Assembly (NCBI GenBank): GCA_964468315.1
Contig: CAYXTA010000001.1
Location: 193 to 64,192, forward strand
From: an uncultured Candidatus Saccharibacteria bacterium
GTDB lineage: Bacteria; Patescibacteriota; Minisyncoccia; Phycocordibacterales; UBA9973
DNA: 64,000 nucleotides
Reading direction: 5' to 3'
Position numbers and translations under genes: made by a program. This document shows positions 9,347 through 18,428 of this stretch, piece by piece. The notes under the pieces are model-generated. The model searched no databases. It was not told the origin of the DNA and saw nothing but the letters and a program-made list of their open reading frames with translations. The first letter of the stretch is position 1. The number at the start of each line of letters is the position of its first letter.

Positions 9347-11149
9347 ATGGACTTAAAACACATAAGGAATTTCAGCATTATCGCTCATATAGACCACGGA
9401 AAATCTACTTTGGCAGATAGAATGCTCGAGATTACAAATACTATAGAAACACGCAAAATGCGCGACCAAGTACTAGATAGTATGGAGCTTGAGCGTGAGC
9501 GCGGTATCACAATAAAGATGCAACCAGTGCGTATGGAATACAAACTCGGTAATGAAAATTATACTTTGAACCTTATCGATACTCCTGGGCACATTGATTT
9601 TTCTTATGAAGTCTCTCGTGCACTTAAAGCTGTGGAAGGTTCAATACTTCTTGTAGATTCTACTCAAGGCGTTCAAGCTCAAACACTCACAACGCTTGCT
9701 ATGGCTCGCGAAGGCGGACTAAAAATTATTCCAGTGCTTTCAAAAATAGATTCGCCACTTTCTCGTGTCGAAGATGTAAAAGAAGAAGTTATTAAGCTTT
9801 TGGATTGTGACCCAAATGAAATACTTTTAGTTTCTGGTAGAACAGGTGAAGGTGTAGCAGAATTGCTTGCAGAAGTTGTAAAGCGTGTACCACCCCCAAC
9901 TGAGACATATCTAGATGGTAACAATTTCAGAGCTCTTGTTTTTGATTTTAAATATTCAAATCATAAAGGCGTCATCGTGTATGCTCGTGTGCTCGATGGA
10001 AAGATTTCAAAAAATGAAAATCTTATTTTTTCTGCTTCAAAAGAAAAATTTATCTCTCTTGAAGTTGGAACATTTTCTCCCGAAGAAACTCCTCGTGAAT
10101 TTCTTTCTGCGGGAGAGACAGGCTACATAGTCACAGGTATTAAGAAGCCTGGTATAGCAAGTGTCGGAGATACGATAACAATGTTAAAAAATCCTTTACC
10201 ACCACTCCCTGGATATATGCAACCAAGGCCTGTCGTCTGGGCTTCTGTTTTTCCTGAAGATGCAGATCAATTTAATGATTTGAAAGCATCTTTTGGAAAA
10301 TTGAAACTTTCAGACTCTGCATTTTCATATGAAGAAGAATCTTCCGGTTCACTCGGACGTGGTTTTCGTTGTGGTTTTCTTGGAATGCTTCATTTGGAAA
10401 TAATTATTGAAAGATTGAAAAGAGAATTTAATTTGAGTCTTGTTGTTACTACGCCATCTATCACTTATGAAGTACTTTTAAATAACGGAAAAAGAGAAAA
10501 AATATATTCACCATATTTCTTCCCAGAAGAAGGTAATATTAAAGAAGTCTATGAACCTTGGGTTTCTGTAAAAATAATTACTCCTTCTATATATCTTGGT
10601 CCTATTATGCAACTTCTTTTTGTGCATGAAGCAGAAGTGGGTGATACAGAAAGTTTCGGAGATAATAGATCTTCTATATCACTTAAAATGCCACTTCGTG
10701 AACTTATGCGTAATTTCTTTGATGAATTAAAAAGTGTTTCTTCTGGTTATGCTTCTATATCTTATGAGATCGATGAAATGCGTGATGCAAATGTGACTCG
10801 TCTTGATCTTCTTGTGGCCGATGAAATAGTCCCAGCTTTTTCTCGTGTTGTTTCTAGAAAGAGAGTACAAGAAGATGCAGAAGAAGCCGTTGAAAAATTG
10901 CATTCACTTTTACCTAGACAAATGTTCGCTACAAAAATACAAGGTAAAGCATTAGGAAAAATAATCTCATCTCGTACAACACAAGCTTTTATGAAAGATG
11001 TGACACAACATATGTATGGAGGAGATATTACTCGTAAAATGAAGCTTCGAGAGAAACAAAAGAGTGGAAAGAAAAAGATGAAAGAACGTGGAAGAGTAAA
11101 TATTCCACAGGAAGTTTTCCTAAAAATGATGCGTTCAGGAGATAATTAA
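9347..11149 (+). CDS. lepA: elongation factor 4 (LepA)
   Basis: IIAHIDHGKSTLADR, DTPGH, and the LepA-specific C-terminal domain. 600 aa. Confidence 0.93.
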   Translation: MDLKHIRNFSIIAHIDHGKSTLADRMLEITNTIETRKMRDQVLDSMELERERGITIKMQPVRMEYKLGNENYTLNLIDTPGHIDFSYEVSRALKAVEGSILLVDSTQGVQAQTLTTLAMAREGGLKIIPVLSKIDSPLSRVEDVKEEVIKLLDCDPNEILLVSGRTGEGVAELLAEVVKRVPPPTETYLDGNNFRALVFDFKYSNHKGVIVYARVLDGKISKNENLIFSASKEKFISLEVGTFSPEETPREFLSAGETGYIVTGIKKPGIASVGDTITMLKNPLPPLPGYMQPRPVVWASVFPEDADQFNDLKASFGKLKLSDSAFSYEEESSGSLGRGFRCGFLGMLHLEIIIERLKREFNLSLVVTTPSITYEVLLNNGKREKIYSPYFFPEEGNIKEVYEPWVSVKIITPSIYLGPIMQLLFVHEAEVGDTESFGDNRSSISLKMPLRELMRNFFDELKSVSSGYASISYEIDEMRDANVTRLDLLVADEIVPAFSRVVSRKRVQEDAEEAVEKLHSLLPRQMFATKIQGKALGKIISSRTTQAFMKDVTQHMYGGDITRKMKLREKQKSGKKKMKERGRVNIPQEVFLKMMRSGDN

Positions 11150-11152
11150 ATA

Positions 11153-11260
11153 TTACTGAAAAGAAGGCATGTAAAGCATAATCATACTTGCGATGATCAG
11201 TACGCACAGTACTCCCCAGATGACTTGTATTTTCTTTTTGTGTTTTGGATTTAAAAGCAT
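11153..11260 (-). CDS. 35-aa hydrophobic small protein (not in ORF track)
   Basis: Minus-strand ORF reads MLLNPKHKKKIQVIWGVLCVLIIASMIMLYMPSFQ*: a basic N-terminus plus one TM helix. Confidence 0.3.
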   Translation of the reverse strand: MLLNPKHKKKIQVIWGVLCVLIIASMIMLYMPSFQ

Positions 11261-11304
11261 GTTATAAAATGTTCTCTATTAATGTATAATCATAGTATCA
11301 GATT

Positions 11305-11682
11305 ATGAAGAATTTTCAAGAGGACAATTTTAAAGATAGATTAATACATTCAAAAGTATTTTTGCTTATTTTACTTTGCTTTGTGCTTTTCTTTTTTTAT
11401 AATGTTATAAAATTTTCTGTAAAAGCATTTGAAACAAGAGAAAATAAAATTATTGCAGAAGAAAAAGTCGCGGGGTTACAAAAAGAAAAAGATAGACTTA
11501 ATTTAGAAATACAAAGACTCAATACCGAAGCTGGTGTAGAAGAAAATATTCGAAATAAATTCGCTCTTGCGAAAGACGGGGAAGGACTGATCGTTGTGCT
11601 TGATGATGAAAATCCACAAATACAAAAACCCCAAACAAAAATACAAAGATTCTTTTCTTTTTTAAAGAATTTTGTTAAATAA
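11305..11682 (+). CDS. septum formation initiator (FtsB/DivIC-like) coiled-coil membrane protein
   Basis: N-terminal TM helix then a coiled coil (LQKEKDRLNLEIQRLNTE), the typical FtsB/DivIC architecture. Confidence 0.55.
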   Translation: MKNFQEDNFKDRLIHSKVFLLILLCFVLFFFYNVIKFSVKAFETRENKIIAEEKVAGLQKEKDRLNLEIQRLNTEAGVEENIRNKFALAKDGEGLIVVLDDENPQIQKPQTKIQRFFSFLKNFVK

Positions 11683-11751
11683 AACAATCTTTGAAAAGAT
11701 TTTTTTATTTTGATACTATGTACAGACTTATTATTTAAATAAAAATTTGAT

Positions 11752-12150
11752 ATGAATGAAATAAACTTAAAAGAAGTGTTGGATGAAAAGGGTAGAAGAG
11801 CAAGTCCTGTATTACCGAGTGATGTGCGTAATTTTATTATAGATATCGATGGTACTATTTGTGATGATATTCCAAATGAAGAACCTGGACGCATGGTGAC
11901 TGCAGAAGAAATGCCAAATGCAAAAAGGTGTATAAATGAATGGTATGATGCAGGACATAAGATAACTTTCTTTACTTCAAGAAGAGATACAGAGCATGGA
12001 GAGATTACAAAAACATGGTTGAAAGATCATGGTTTCAAATATCACAGTATTATTTTTAATAAACCAAGAGGAGGGAATTATCTTTGGATAGACAATCTAG
12101 ATGTAAAAGTTGCTAAATTTCAGGGAGATTTTAATGATTTGGTTGTTTAA
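11752..12150 (+). CDS. HAD-superfamily phosphatase-like protein
   Basis: IIDIDGTICDD (the DxDGT nucleophile motif), then TSRRD and a downstream acidic motif. Confidence 0.5.
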   Translation: MNEINLKEVLDEKGRRASPVLPSDVRNFIIDIDGTICDDIPNEEPGRMVTAEEMPNAKRCINEWYDAGHKITFFTSRRDTEHGEITKTWLKDHGFKYHSIIFNKPRGGNYLWIDNLDVKVAKFQGDFNDLVV

Positions 12151-12197
12151 AAGTATTCTAGTATAATATACATATTACTTATTAATTTTTTAATTTT

Positions 12198-12431
12198 ATG
12201 AAAAATATAACAATTTATTCAACCCCGTCATGTCATTTTTGTCACTTAGCTAAAGATTTCTTTAAAGAAAATAATTTTTCTTATACAGAATACGATGTTT
12301 CTTCTAATATGGAAAAAAGGGCTGAATTAATTGAAAAAAGTGGTCAAATGGGTGTGCCTGTTATACTCATTGATGACAATCTCGTTGTAGGTTTCAACAA
12401 ACCTAAGATAGTAGAATTACTAGGCCTTTAA
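12198..12431 (+). CDS. glutaredoxin-like protein (NrdH/Grx family)
   Basis: 77 aa with CHFC redox motif near the N-terminus and GVPVI, a thioredoxin-fold signature. Confidence 0.7.
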   Translation: MKNITIYSTPSCHFCHLAKDFFKENNFSYTEYDVSSNMEKRAELIEKSGQMGVPVILIDDNLVVGFNKPKIVELLGL

Positions 12432-12441
12432 AAGGCCTGTA

Positions 12442-12513
12442 GCCCTCGTAGTTCAATGGATAGAACAGTTCCGTCCTAAGGAATAGATGCACGTTCGATT
12501 CGTACCGAGGGCA
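12442..12513 (+). tRNA. tRNA-Arg (anticodon CCT)
   Basis: Acceptor gccctcg/cgagggc, anticodon loop gtCCTaa, T-loop ttcgatt. One mismatch in the T-stem. Preceded by hairpin aggcctttaaaaggcct. Confidence 0.7.
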
Positions 12514-12581
12514 CAAAAACGCTTGAAATTATATATGACGAAAACTTTGATTTTTAGTCATTTTATGATAATATAACTTTT

Positions 12582-12839
12582 ATGAATCCAGAAGAAAAAC
12601 AGATGTTAGAGGAAACTCTAGAGCTTTCTCAAGAGAATAACAAAATGCTAAAGCATATTCGTCGTTCTCAAAAAATGGCAGCTGTGATGCGTATTTTTTA
12701 TTGGGTTCTTGTTTTGGTTATTTCTTATGGTGCGTACACATTTGCAGAACCATATGTGAATCAAATGATTAATATTTTTCAGAGTTCTCAAACAGAGTTG
12801 AATAATATAAGAAATTTAGGTTCTAAATTGCCAAGGTAG
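12582..12839 (+). CDS. hypothetical small membrane protein
   Basis: 85 aa with one TM helix. Confidence 0.4.
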   Translation: MNPEEKQMLEETLELSQENNKMLKHIRRSQKMAAVMRIFYWVLVLVISYGAYTFAEPYVNQMINIFQSSQTELNNIRNLGSKLPR

Positions 12840-12884
12840 TTGTTTTGGTAGGTATACGTAAGTTTATGTAAAAAGTTAATTAAT

Positions 12885-12957
12885 GCCGAGGTAGCTCAGT
12901 TGGTAGAGCGCTCCCCTGAAGAGGGAGATGTCACCAGTTCAAATCTGGTCCTCGGCA
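12885..12957 (+). tRNA. tRNA-Phe (anticodon GAA)
   Basis: Perfect cloverleaf: gccgagg...cctcggc, D-loop agttggta, anticodon loop ctGAAga, T-arm accag ttcaaat ctggt. Confidence 0.85.
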
Positions 12958-14498
12958 CAACCACAGAAGTCGGCGAAAATGGTCGGGTCAAAAGCGAATT
13001 TCTGCGAAATTCGCAAGGAGTCGGAAGTCCGTCCGGTCTTTATAAATAAGGTGAAATCCCATAAATCCCCCCAGTGTATGGAAACCATTTTGTCCTTAAT
13101 CACGGGGTTCGAGCCGACTTTTTGAAAAAACTTCTTCCATTCGATGTAATCGGAAGTTTTTTCTAAATTGACGGCTTCTTTTAAGGACAAAATGAAATTC
13201 CGCAAAGGTTCGACCCAATTATTTCTCTGATGTCCAAAATGACTCAAACTTTCCTCAAGCTTGATTTTTTGACGCATCAAAATATCTTTTCGTTCGAGAT
13301 ATATACCTTTCTCAACCTCGCCATCGAGATATATCGAGACGAGTCGATCAAGCTTGGTTTTTGTTTCGGAAAGTTTGGTCTTTACATTTTGGATATCAAT
13401 TCCGTTTGCCGAAATTGACTCACTTTCCCAAACAGTAATCTGCTTTTCCATTTCTTCAATTTCGGACAACGGAAACGACACTGATTGAAGCAGGGTACGC
13501 AATTGTGTGGCGAGTGCATTTTCCTGCAAATACGGCTGACTACACTTTCCTTTCTTTTTACTGCAACGATAATAAATATACCGAGTTCCAGAATCATTCG
13601 TTGCATATTGAGCCGTAATTGCTCCTGTGCATTCGCCACACTTCGCAAGACCACGAAAATCAAATGGATGCGCAATTTTTGATTTTCGTGGTCTTTGACG
13701 ATTTGCGTACACTTTCTGCACTGCTTCGAACAGTGTCGGAGAAATAATTGGCTCAAAGGTTCCATCGTACCACTCGCCACGATGGTTTATAAAACCGAGA
13801 TATGCGCGATTGGTAAGCATTTTCGCGATGGACCAAGTGCATAGTGGCGTTCCTTTTTTCTGTACAACTCCGTGATCCGCCAAAAAATCTGCCAAGGTTT
13901 CAAAAGTGTGAGTCTTGTTGGAATACTCTTCAAACGCTCGCTTAATAACTTTGCCATACACGGGATGTGGTTCGATATTCTTTGTTTTATAATTATTCAC
14001 ATAGCCCATCGGAGCGAGCGTTAGCCATTCACCACGACGGATTTTTTGGCGGATTCCACGCTTAACATTTTCAACTAAGTTGTCAGAAAAATATTTGGAT
14101 TGCCCGAACGCCACTTGCAACATAAATTTGCCTTGCGGAGTTGGCTCAAACCAAAACTGCGGAAAGCGTAAAGAAGCAATTCTGTTGATGTCTACAAGGT
14201 AAATTATTTTACCTCCATCAACAGAATTCCGAGCAAGACGGTCAGGGTGCCATGCCAAAATGCCAAGCGGTTCACTTGAGCTTTCAATATATTCAATCAT
14301 TTTGGCAAAACCGTCTCGCCCGGGCTTCTTTGCGCTTTTTGATTCTGTAAATACTTTTACAATATCAATGCGTTCTCTGCTCGCAAATTCTTTCAACTCA
14401 AAAAGCTGTGCCTCGATGGACATAACTTGCTTATCGTCCTCTTCAGTAGATTTGCGAGCATAGAGAACACATTTAGTTTTGGTTTGAGTTGTTTCCAT
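12939..14498 (-). CDS. large serine recombinase (resolvase/invertase N-domain + recombinase + zinc ribbon)
   Basis: METTQTKTKCVLYARKSTEEDD (catalytic Ser context), recombinase domain, and Cys cluster CGECTGA...YYRCSKKKGKC. Stop codon TGA is complementary to 12939-12941 inside the tRNA-Phe T-loop. Start taken at METT; an alternative in-repeat start lies at 14597. Confidence 0.85.
   Translation of the reverse strand: METTQTKTKCVLYARKSTEEDDKQVMSIEAQLFELKEFASRERIDIVKVFTESKSAKKPGRDGFAKMIEYIESSSEPLGILAWHPDRLARNSVDGGKIIYLVDINRIASLRFPQFWFEPTPQGKFMLQVAFGQSKYFSDNLVENVKRGIRQKIRRGEWLTLAPMGYVNNYKTKNIEPHPVYGKVIKRAFEEYSNKTHTFETLADFLADHGVVQKKGTPLCTWSIAKMLTNRAYLGFINHRGEWYDGTFEPIISPTLFEAVQKVYANRQRPRKSKIAHPFDFRGLAKCGECTGAITAQYATNDSGTRYIYYRCSKKKGKCSQPYLQENALATQLRTLLQSVSFPLSEIEEMEKQITVWESESISANGIDIQNVKTKLSETKTKLDRLVSIYLDGEVEKGIYLERKDILMRQKIKLEESLSHFGHQRNNWVEPLRNFILSLKEAVNLEKTSDYIEWKKFFQKVGSNPVIKDKMVSIHWGDLWDFTLFIKTGRTSDSLRISQKFAFDPTIFADFCGCAEDQI
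12955..13081. repeat. inverted repeat A, left copy (127 bp)
   Basis: Reverse complement of 14492..14618 with one mismatch. Overlaps the last 3 nt of tRNA-Phe. Confidence 0.9.
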
Positions 14499-14618
14499 AC
14501 ACTGGGGGAATTTATGGGATTTCACCTTATTTATAAAGACCGGACGGACTTCCGACTCCTTGCGAATTTCGCAGAAATTCGCTTTTGACCCGACCATTTT
14601 CGCCGACTTCTGTGGTTG
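14492..14618. repeat. inverted repeat A, right copy (127 bp)
   Basis: Matches 12955..13081 in inverted orientation. Contains the recombinase ATG and upstream region. Confidence 0.9.
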
Positions 14619-14882
14619 TGCGCTAATTATACGCTTTGCGCGAACTTTTTTCGAGAAGCAAAGTGATTAAGCGCATCCGTTGCGCTGAAGCGCCACCACG
14701 CCAAGCGTGGTGCTTTTCCTAAAAGGAAAAGACGGAAGCGCTTAGACCCAATGCGGACTCGGTTTTGCGAAAGCTATATTCTCTGGGATACGATTTTGCA
14801 AAACCTCGGCATATTCTTTTTTGAAATTCGGCAGGGTTTCGGTTTGGTTTGGCACGCAGGAGGGTCTGGGAGGAATGCGTGC
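14619..14882. repeat. inverted repeat B, left copy (about 264 bp, GC-rich)
   Basis: Reverse complement of 30958..31215 with a few mismatches. Begins gtgcgctaattatacg immediately after repeat A. Confidence 0.85.
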
Positions 14883-14920
14883 ACCTTTAATTTTGTACCC
14901 TGTTATATTTTAACATACCA

Positions 14921-14936
14921 TTGCGGTATACTGCAA
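14921..14936. promoter_or_regulatory. imperfect palindrome upstream of the HTH gene (candidate controller operator)
   Basis: ttgcggtatactgcaa is a near-palindrome centred on gtatac, about 20 bp upstream of the 14956 ATG. Confidence 0.3.
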
Positions 14937-14955
14937 CAAGGAGTAAACTCAATGT

Positions 14956-15162
14956 ATGAAAAGTGAGTCAAAAAAACTGGGAGGAAATCTAAAAACCATC
15001 CGAACTACAAAGGCAATATCACAAGGTGATATAGCGCGATCACTCGACGTTAGTCGAGGGTTTATTAGTAATATTGAAAATGGCAAAACCAACCCAACAC
15101 TTGAAACAATCGCAAGATTGGCAAAAGCTGTTGGTGTATCAACTAACGAGCTTTTGAAATAA
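14956..15162 (+). CDS. XRE-family HTH regulator (restriction-modification controller-like C protein)
   Basis: 68 aa. ISQGDIARSLDVSRGFISNIENGKTNPTLETIARLAKAVGVSTNELL is the canonical HTH_3/XRE fold. Lies immediately upstream of the restriction/helicase operon. Confidence 0.75.
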   Translation: MKSESKKLGGNLKTIRTTKAISQGDIARSLDVSRGFISNIENGKTNPTLETIARLAKAVGVSTNELLK

Positions 15163-15166
15163 TTGA

Positions 15167-18100
15167 ATGATAAAGAATTTCAACAATAAGACAGAAAAGG
15201 TTGGTGATGACCTAAAAAATACTATTAAAAAAGGCAGTAAACTTGATATTGCTGCTGCTATTTTTTCTATGTATGGATTTGAGAGCTTAAAAACTGAATT
15301 AAAAAATATTGATGAACTTCGTTTTATTTTCACTGATCCTACTTTTATTGAACTTGATAAAAGTAAGCGTCAAGAAAGAATGTTTGAAATTCTTGCAAAC
15401 AATAGAAAAAAAGCCATAGGAGGGTCTGATTTTGAAATAAATTTAAAGAACGAACTTAGAGGTAAATCTATTGCGAAAGAGTGCAAAAAATGGATTGAAG
15501 ATAAGGTAAAATTTAAAACAAATAGAGCTGGTGGATTCATCCAGCCTCAGTTTATTGTTCGTAATGAAGATGAATCAATTTTGTATAGTGGTATAAATGA
15601 ATTTAGTAGTTCTGGTGTGGGGTATGAAAAAGATAACTCTATTTTAAATATGGTAATGAAGTCTGATGATTATCAGACAACGCATGAGTATATTAAAAAT
15701 TTTGAAGAAGTATGGAATGACGAAAAATCATTAAAAGATGTTACTGATGAAGTCCTTGGTTATATTTCAAATATATATAAAGAGAATTCTCCTGAATTTA
15801 TTTATTACATAACACTCTATAATATTTTTGATGAATTTTTGGAAGATATAACAGAAGATGAATTGGCTAATGAAAAAACAGGGTTTAAAGAATCTGCTGT
15901 TTGGCATATGTTATACGATTTTCAAAAAGATGCTGTTTTGGGAGTTATTAATAAGCTTGAAAGACACAATGGTTGTATCTTGGCAGATAGTGTTGGATTA
16001 GGTAAGACTTTTTCTGCACTCGGTGTCATTAAATACTATCAAGAGAGAAATAAGAGTATTCTCGTTCTTTGTCCTAAAAAGCTCAGCGACAACTGGCAGA
16101 CTTTTCTTTCAAATTACGAAGACAATCAATTATATAAAGATAGATTTAATTACGATGTTTTATATCATACAGACCTTTCTCGCGATAAAGGGTTTTCAAA
16201 TGGTAAAGATCTTTCTCGTGTAAACTGGGGCAATTATGATTTGGTTGTAATCGACGAATCACATAACTTCAGAAATAATGATCCAAGAAAAGATAAGATA
16301 ACTCGATATCAGAAACTTTTAAATAATGTAATGAAAGCAGGAGTAAAAACAAAGGTCCTAATGCTCTCTGCTACTCCTGTAAATAATAAATTTACTGATT
16401 TAAAGAATCAAATAGCTTTGGCTTATGAGGGACATACAGATGTAGTTGATGATAAAATGGATATTACTAAATCAATTAATTCTATTTTAAATCAAGCACA
16501 AAGGACTTTTAATGACTGGTTAAAATTACCAGTAGAAGAACGTACTGGAACAAATCTTTTGTCTGAGTTGAATAAAAACTTCGACTTTTTTAAACTACTA
16601 GATAATATTACTATCTCAAGAAGTAGAAAACATATCATGAAGTATTATGATACTTCTGCTATTGGTAAATTCCCAAATAGATTAAAGCCTATTACTTATC
16701 GTTCGGATATTACTGATATAGAGGGATTTATGAAGGTAGATGAATTGTATGAACAATTGACCAGATTAAATATGGCCATGTATTCTCCTTTTGATTATAT
16801 TCTTCAAGATAAAATACAATTCTATAATGAAACTTATGATACTCAAATTTCAGGAAATTCGAGTTTAAAACAGTCTACTCGTGAAAAAAGTTTACAGAAA
16901 CTAGTGAAGATAAATTTTCTTAAAAGACTAGAGAGTTCTGTGGATTCATTTCGTATTACTTTGGAAAAATTTGTTAATGCAGTTGATGCAACTGTTAAAA
17001 GCATTGATGAGTTTGAAAAAACAGGAGTTAATAGTATTACAGAAGCTACCCAAATAAATGATTCTGGTTTTGATGAAGATGAGGAGAATGAAGATTGGCT
17101 TGATGATGAATTTAGTTTCGGTGGAAAAGTAAAAATAAACCTTGCGGATATGAATACTGCTGGTTGGAAGGAAGACTTACAATTTGACTATAAAATAGCA
17201 AAAGCAATTCTTGATGAAATGAAGCGTGTTACTCCAGAGCATGATTCTAAACTAAAAGATCTTCGAGATTTTATTACACATAAGATAAAAAATAATATAA
17301 ACCCAGATAATAGTAAAGTGGTAGTTTTTACAGCTTTTGCTGATACAGCAAATTATCTTTATGAAAATATATCTACTTGGGCTAAGGATACTCATGCACT
17401 AGAATCTGCTCGTATTACTGGTGGTGGAACCAATAAATGTACCCTCGATATAGATAGTCAATTTAATAACTTATTAATACATTTTTCACCACGATCAAAA
17501 GGTCGTCATGAAAAGTATAAGGACCACAAAGAAATCGATATTTTAATTGCTACTGATTGTATTTCAGAAGGTCAGAACCTTCAAGATTGTGATACTCTCG
17601 TAAACTACGATATTCACTGGAATCCTGTGCGTATAATCCAACGCTTTGGGCGTATTGACCGTATTGGATCTATTAATACTGATATACAGCTCGTAAACTT
17701 CTGGCCACAGATATCACTTGATGATTATATTAATCTTAAAAACCGCGTAGAGGGTCGTATGCTCCTTGTAGACATGACAGCAACTGGAGATGACAATGTG
17801 CTTACAAATCAATCTTCGGATATAGATTTTAGAAAACAACAATTAGAAAGACTTCAAAATGAAGTTGTGGATATTGAAGAAATGGATTCTGGTATTTCTA
17901 TTACAGATTTAGGACTAAACGACTTTCGTATGGATTTGGTGAATTACATTAAGTCTGGCCAAAATTTAGAAGGTTTAGCAAATGGTATGCATGCGGTATG
18001 CCCACAAGCACCAGAAAAAGGAGTAGAAAAAGGAGTTATCTTTGTATTAAAAAATATCAACAATGAAGTAAATATTGATAATACAAATCAACTTCATCCG

Positions 18101-18427
18101 TTTTATTTAGTATATATAAATGAGCAAGGGCAAGTTATTTCAAATCATCTTAATGTAAAAAATACTTTAGATATCTTACGTTCTATCGCTAAAGGTAAAG
18201 ACGAGCCTATTCCTGTAGTTTATGAATTATTTAACGACGAGACAGACGATGGTAAGAAGATGGATAAATATTCCAATCTTTTGAGTGAGTCTATACAATC
18301 AATCATCCATGTAAAAGATGAATCAGATGTAGATAGTTTATTTAGTGTTGGTGGTACTACTGCACTTATGAATAGTATAAAAGGTCTGGAAGATTTTGAA
18401 TTAATTAGCTTTATGGTTATTAAATAG
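15167..18427 (+). CDS. SNF2-family helicase/ATPase (SNF2_N + helicase C) with uncharacterised N- and C-terminal domains
   Basis: ILADSVGLGKTFSALGVI (motif I), VIDESHNFRN (motif II DEXH), LSATPVNN, and C-terminal ILIATDCISEGQNLQDC...HWNPVRIIQRFGRIDRIGS (motifs IV-VI). Confidence 0.85.
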   Translation: MIKNFNNKTEKVGDDLKNTIKKGSKLDIAAAIFSMYGFESLKTELKNIDELRFIFTDPTFIELDKSKRQERMFEILANNRKKAIGGSDFEINLKNELRGKSIAKECKKWIEDKVKFKTNRAGGFIQPQFIVRNEDESILYSGINEFSSSGVGYEKDNSILNMVMKSDDYQTTHEYIKNFEEVWNDEKSLKDVTDEVLGYISNIYKENSPEFIYYITLYNIFDEFLEDITEDELANEKTGFKESAVWHMLYDFQKDAVLGVINKLERHNGCILADSVGLGKTFSALGVIKYYQERNKSILVLCPKKLSDNWQTFLSNYEDNQLYKDRFNYDVLYHTDLSRDKGFSNGKDLSRVNWGNYDLVVIDESHNFRNNDPRKDKITRYQKLLNNVMKAGVKTKVLMLSATPVNNKFTDLKNQIALAYEGHTDVVDDKMDITKSINSILNQAQRTFNDWLKLPVEERTGTNLLSELNKNFDFFKLLDNITISRSRKHIMKYYDTSAIGKFPNRLKPITYRSDITDIEGFMKVDELYEQLTRLNMAMYSPFDYILQDKIQFYNETYDTQISGNSSLKQSTREKSLQKLVKINFLKRLESSVDSFRITLEKFVNAVDATVKSIDEFEKTGVNSITEATQINDSGFDEDEENEDWLDDEFSFGGKVKINLADMNTAGWKEDLQFDYKIAKAILDEMKRVTPEHDSKLKDLRDFITHKIKNNINPDNSKVVVFTAFADTANYLYENISTWAKDTHALESARITGGGTNKCTLDIDSQFNNLLIHFSPRSKGRHEKYKDHKEIDILIATDCISEGQNLQDCDTLVNYDIHWNPVRIIQRFGRIDRIGSINTDIQLVNFWPQISLDDYINLKNRVEGRMLLVDMTATGDDNVLTNQSSDIDFRKQQLERLQNEVVDIEEMDSGISITDLGLNDFRMDLVNYIKSGQNLEGLANGMHAVCPQAPEKGVEKGVIFVLKNINNEVNIDNTNQLHPFYLVYINEQGQVISNHLNVKNTLDILRSIAKGKDEPIPVVYELFNDETDDGKKMDKYSNLLSESIQSIIHVKDESDVDSLFSVGGTTALMNSIKGLEDFELISFMVIK

Positions 18428-18428
18428 C

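Noticed and set aside
12928-13125. 65-aa plus-strand ORF beginning MSPVQIW...MVGSKANFCEIRK
   Set aside because: It is an artefact of inverted repeat A. It repeats the recombinase upstream reading frame and overlaps the recombinase C-terminus on the other strand.
14751-14966. ORF MRTRFCESYILWDT... and its counterpart at 30666..31100 (minus strand), 30870..31109 (plus strand)
   Set aside because: They lie inside repeat B and the GC-rich element and are duplicated only because the repeat is. They have no start context, and their high-GC Arg/Gly-rich composition is typical of spurious ORFs in structured RNA.
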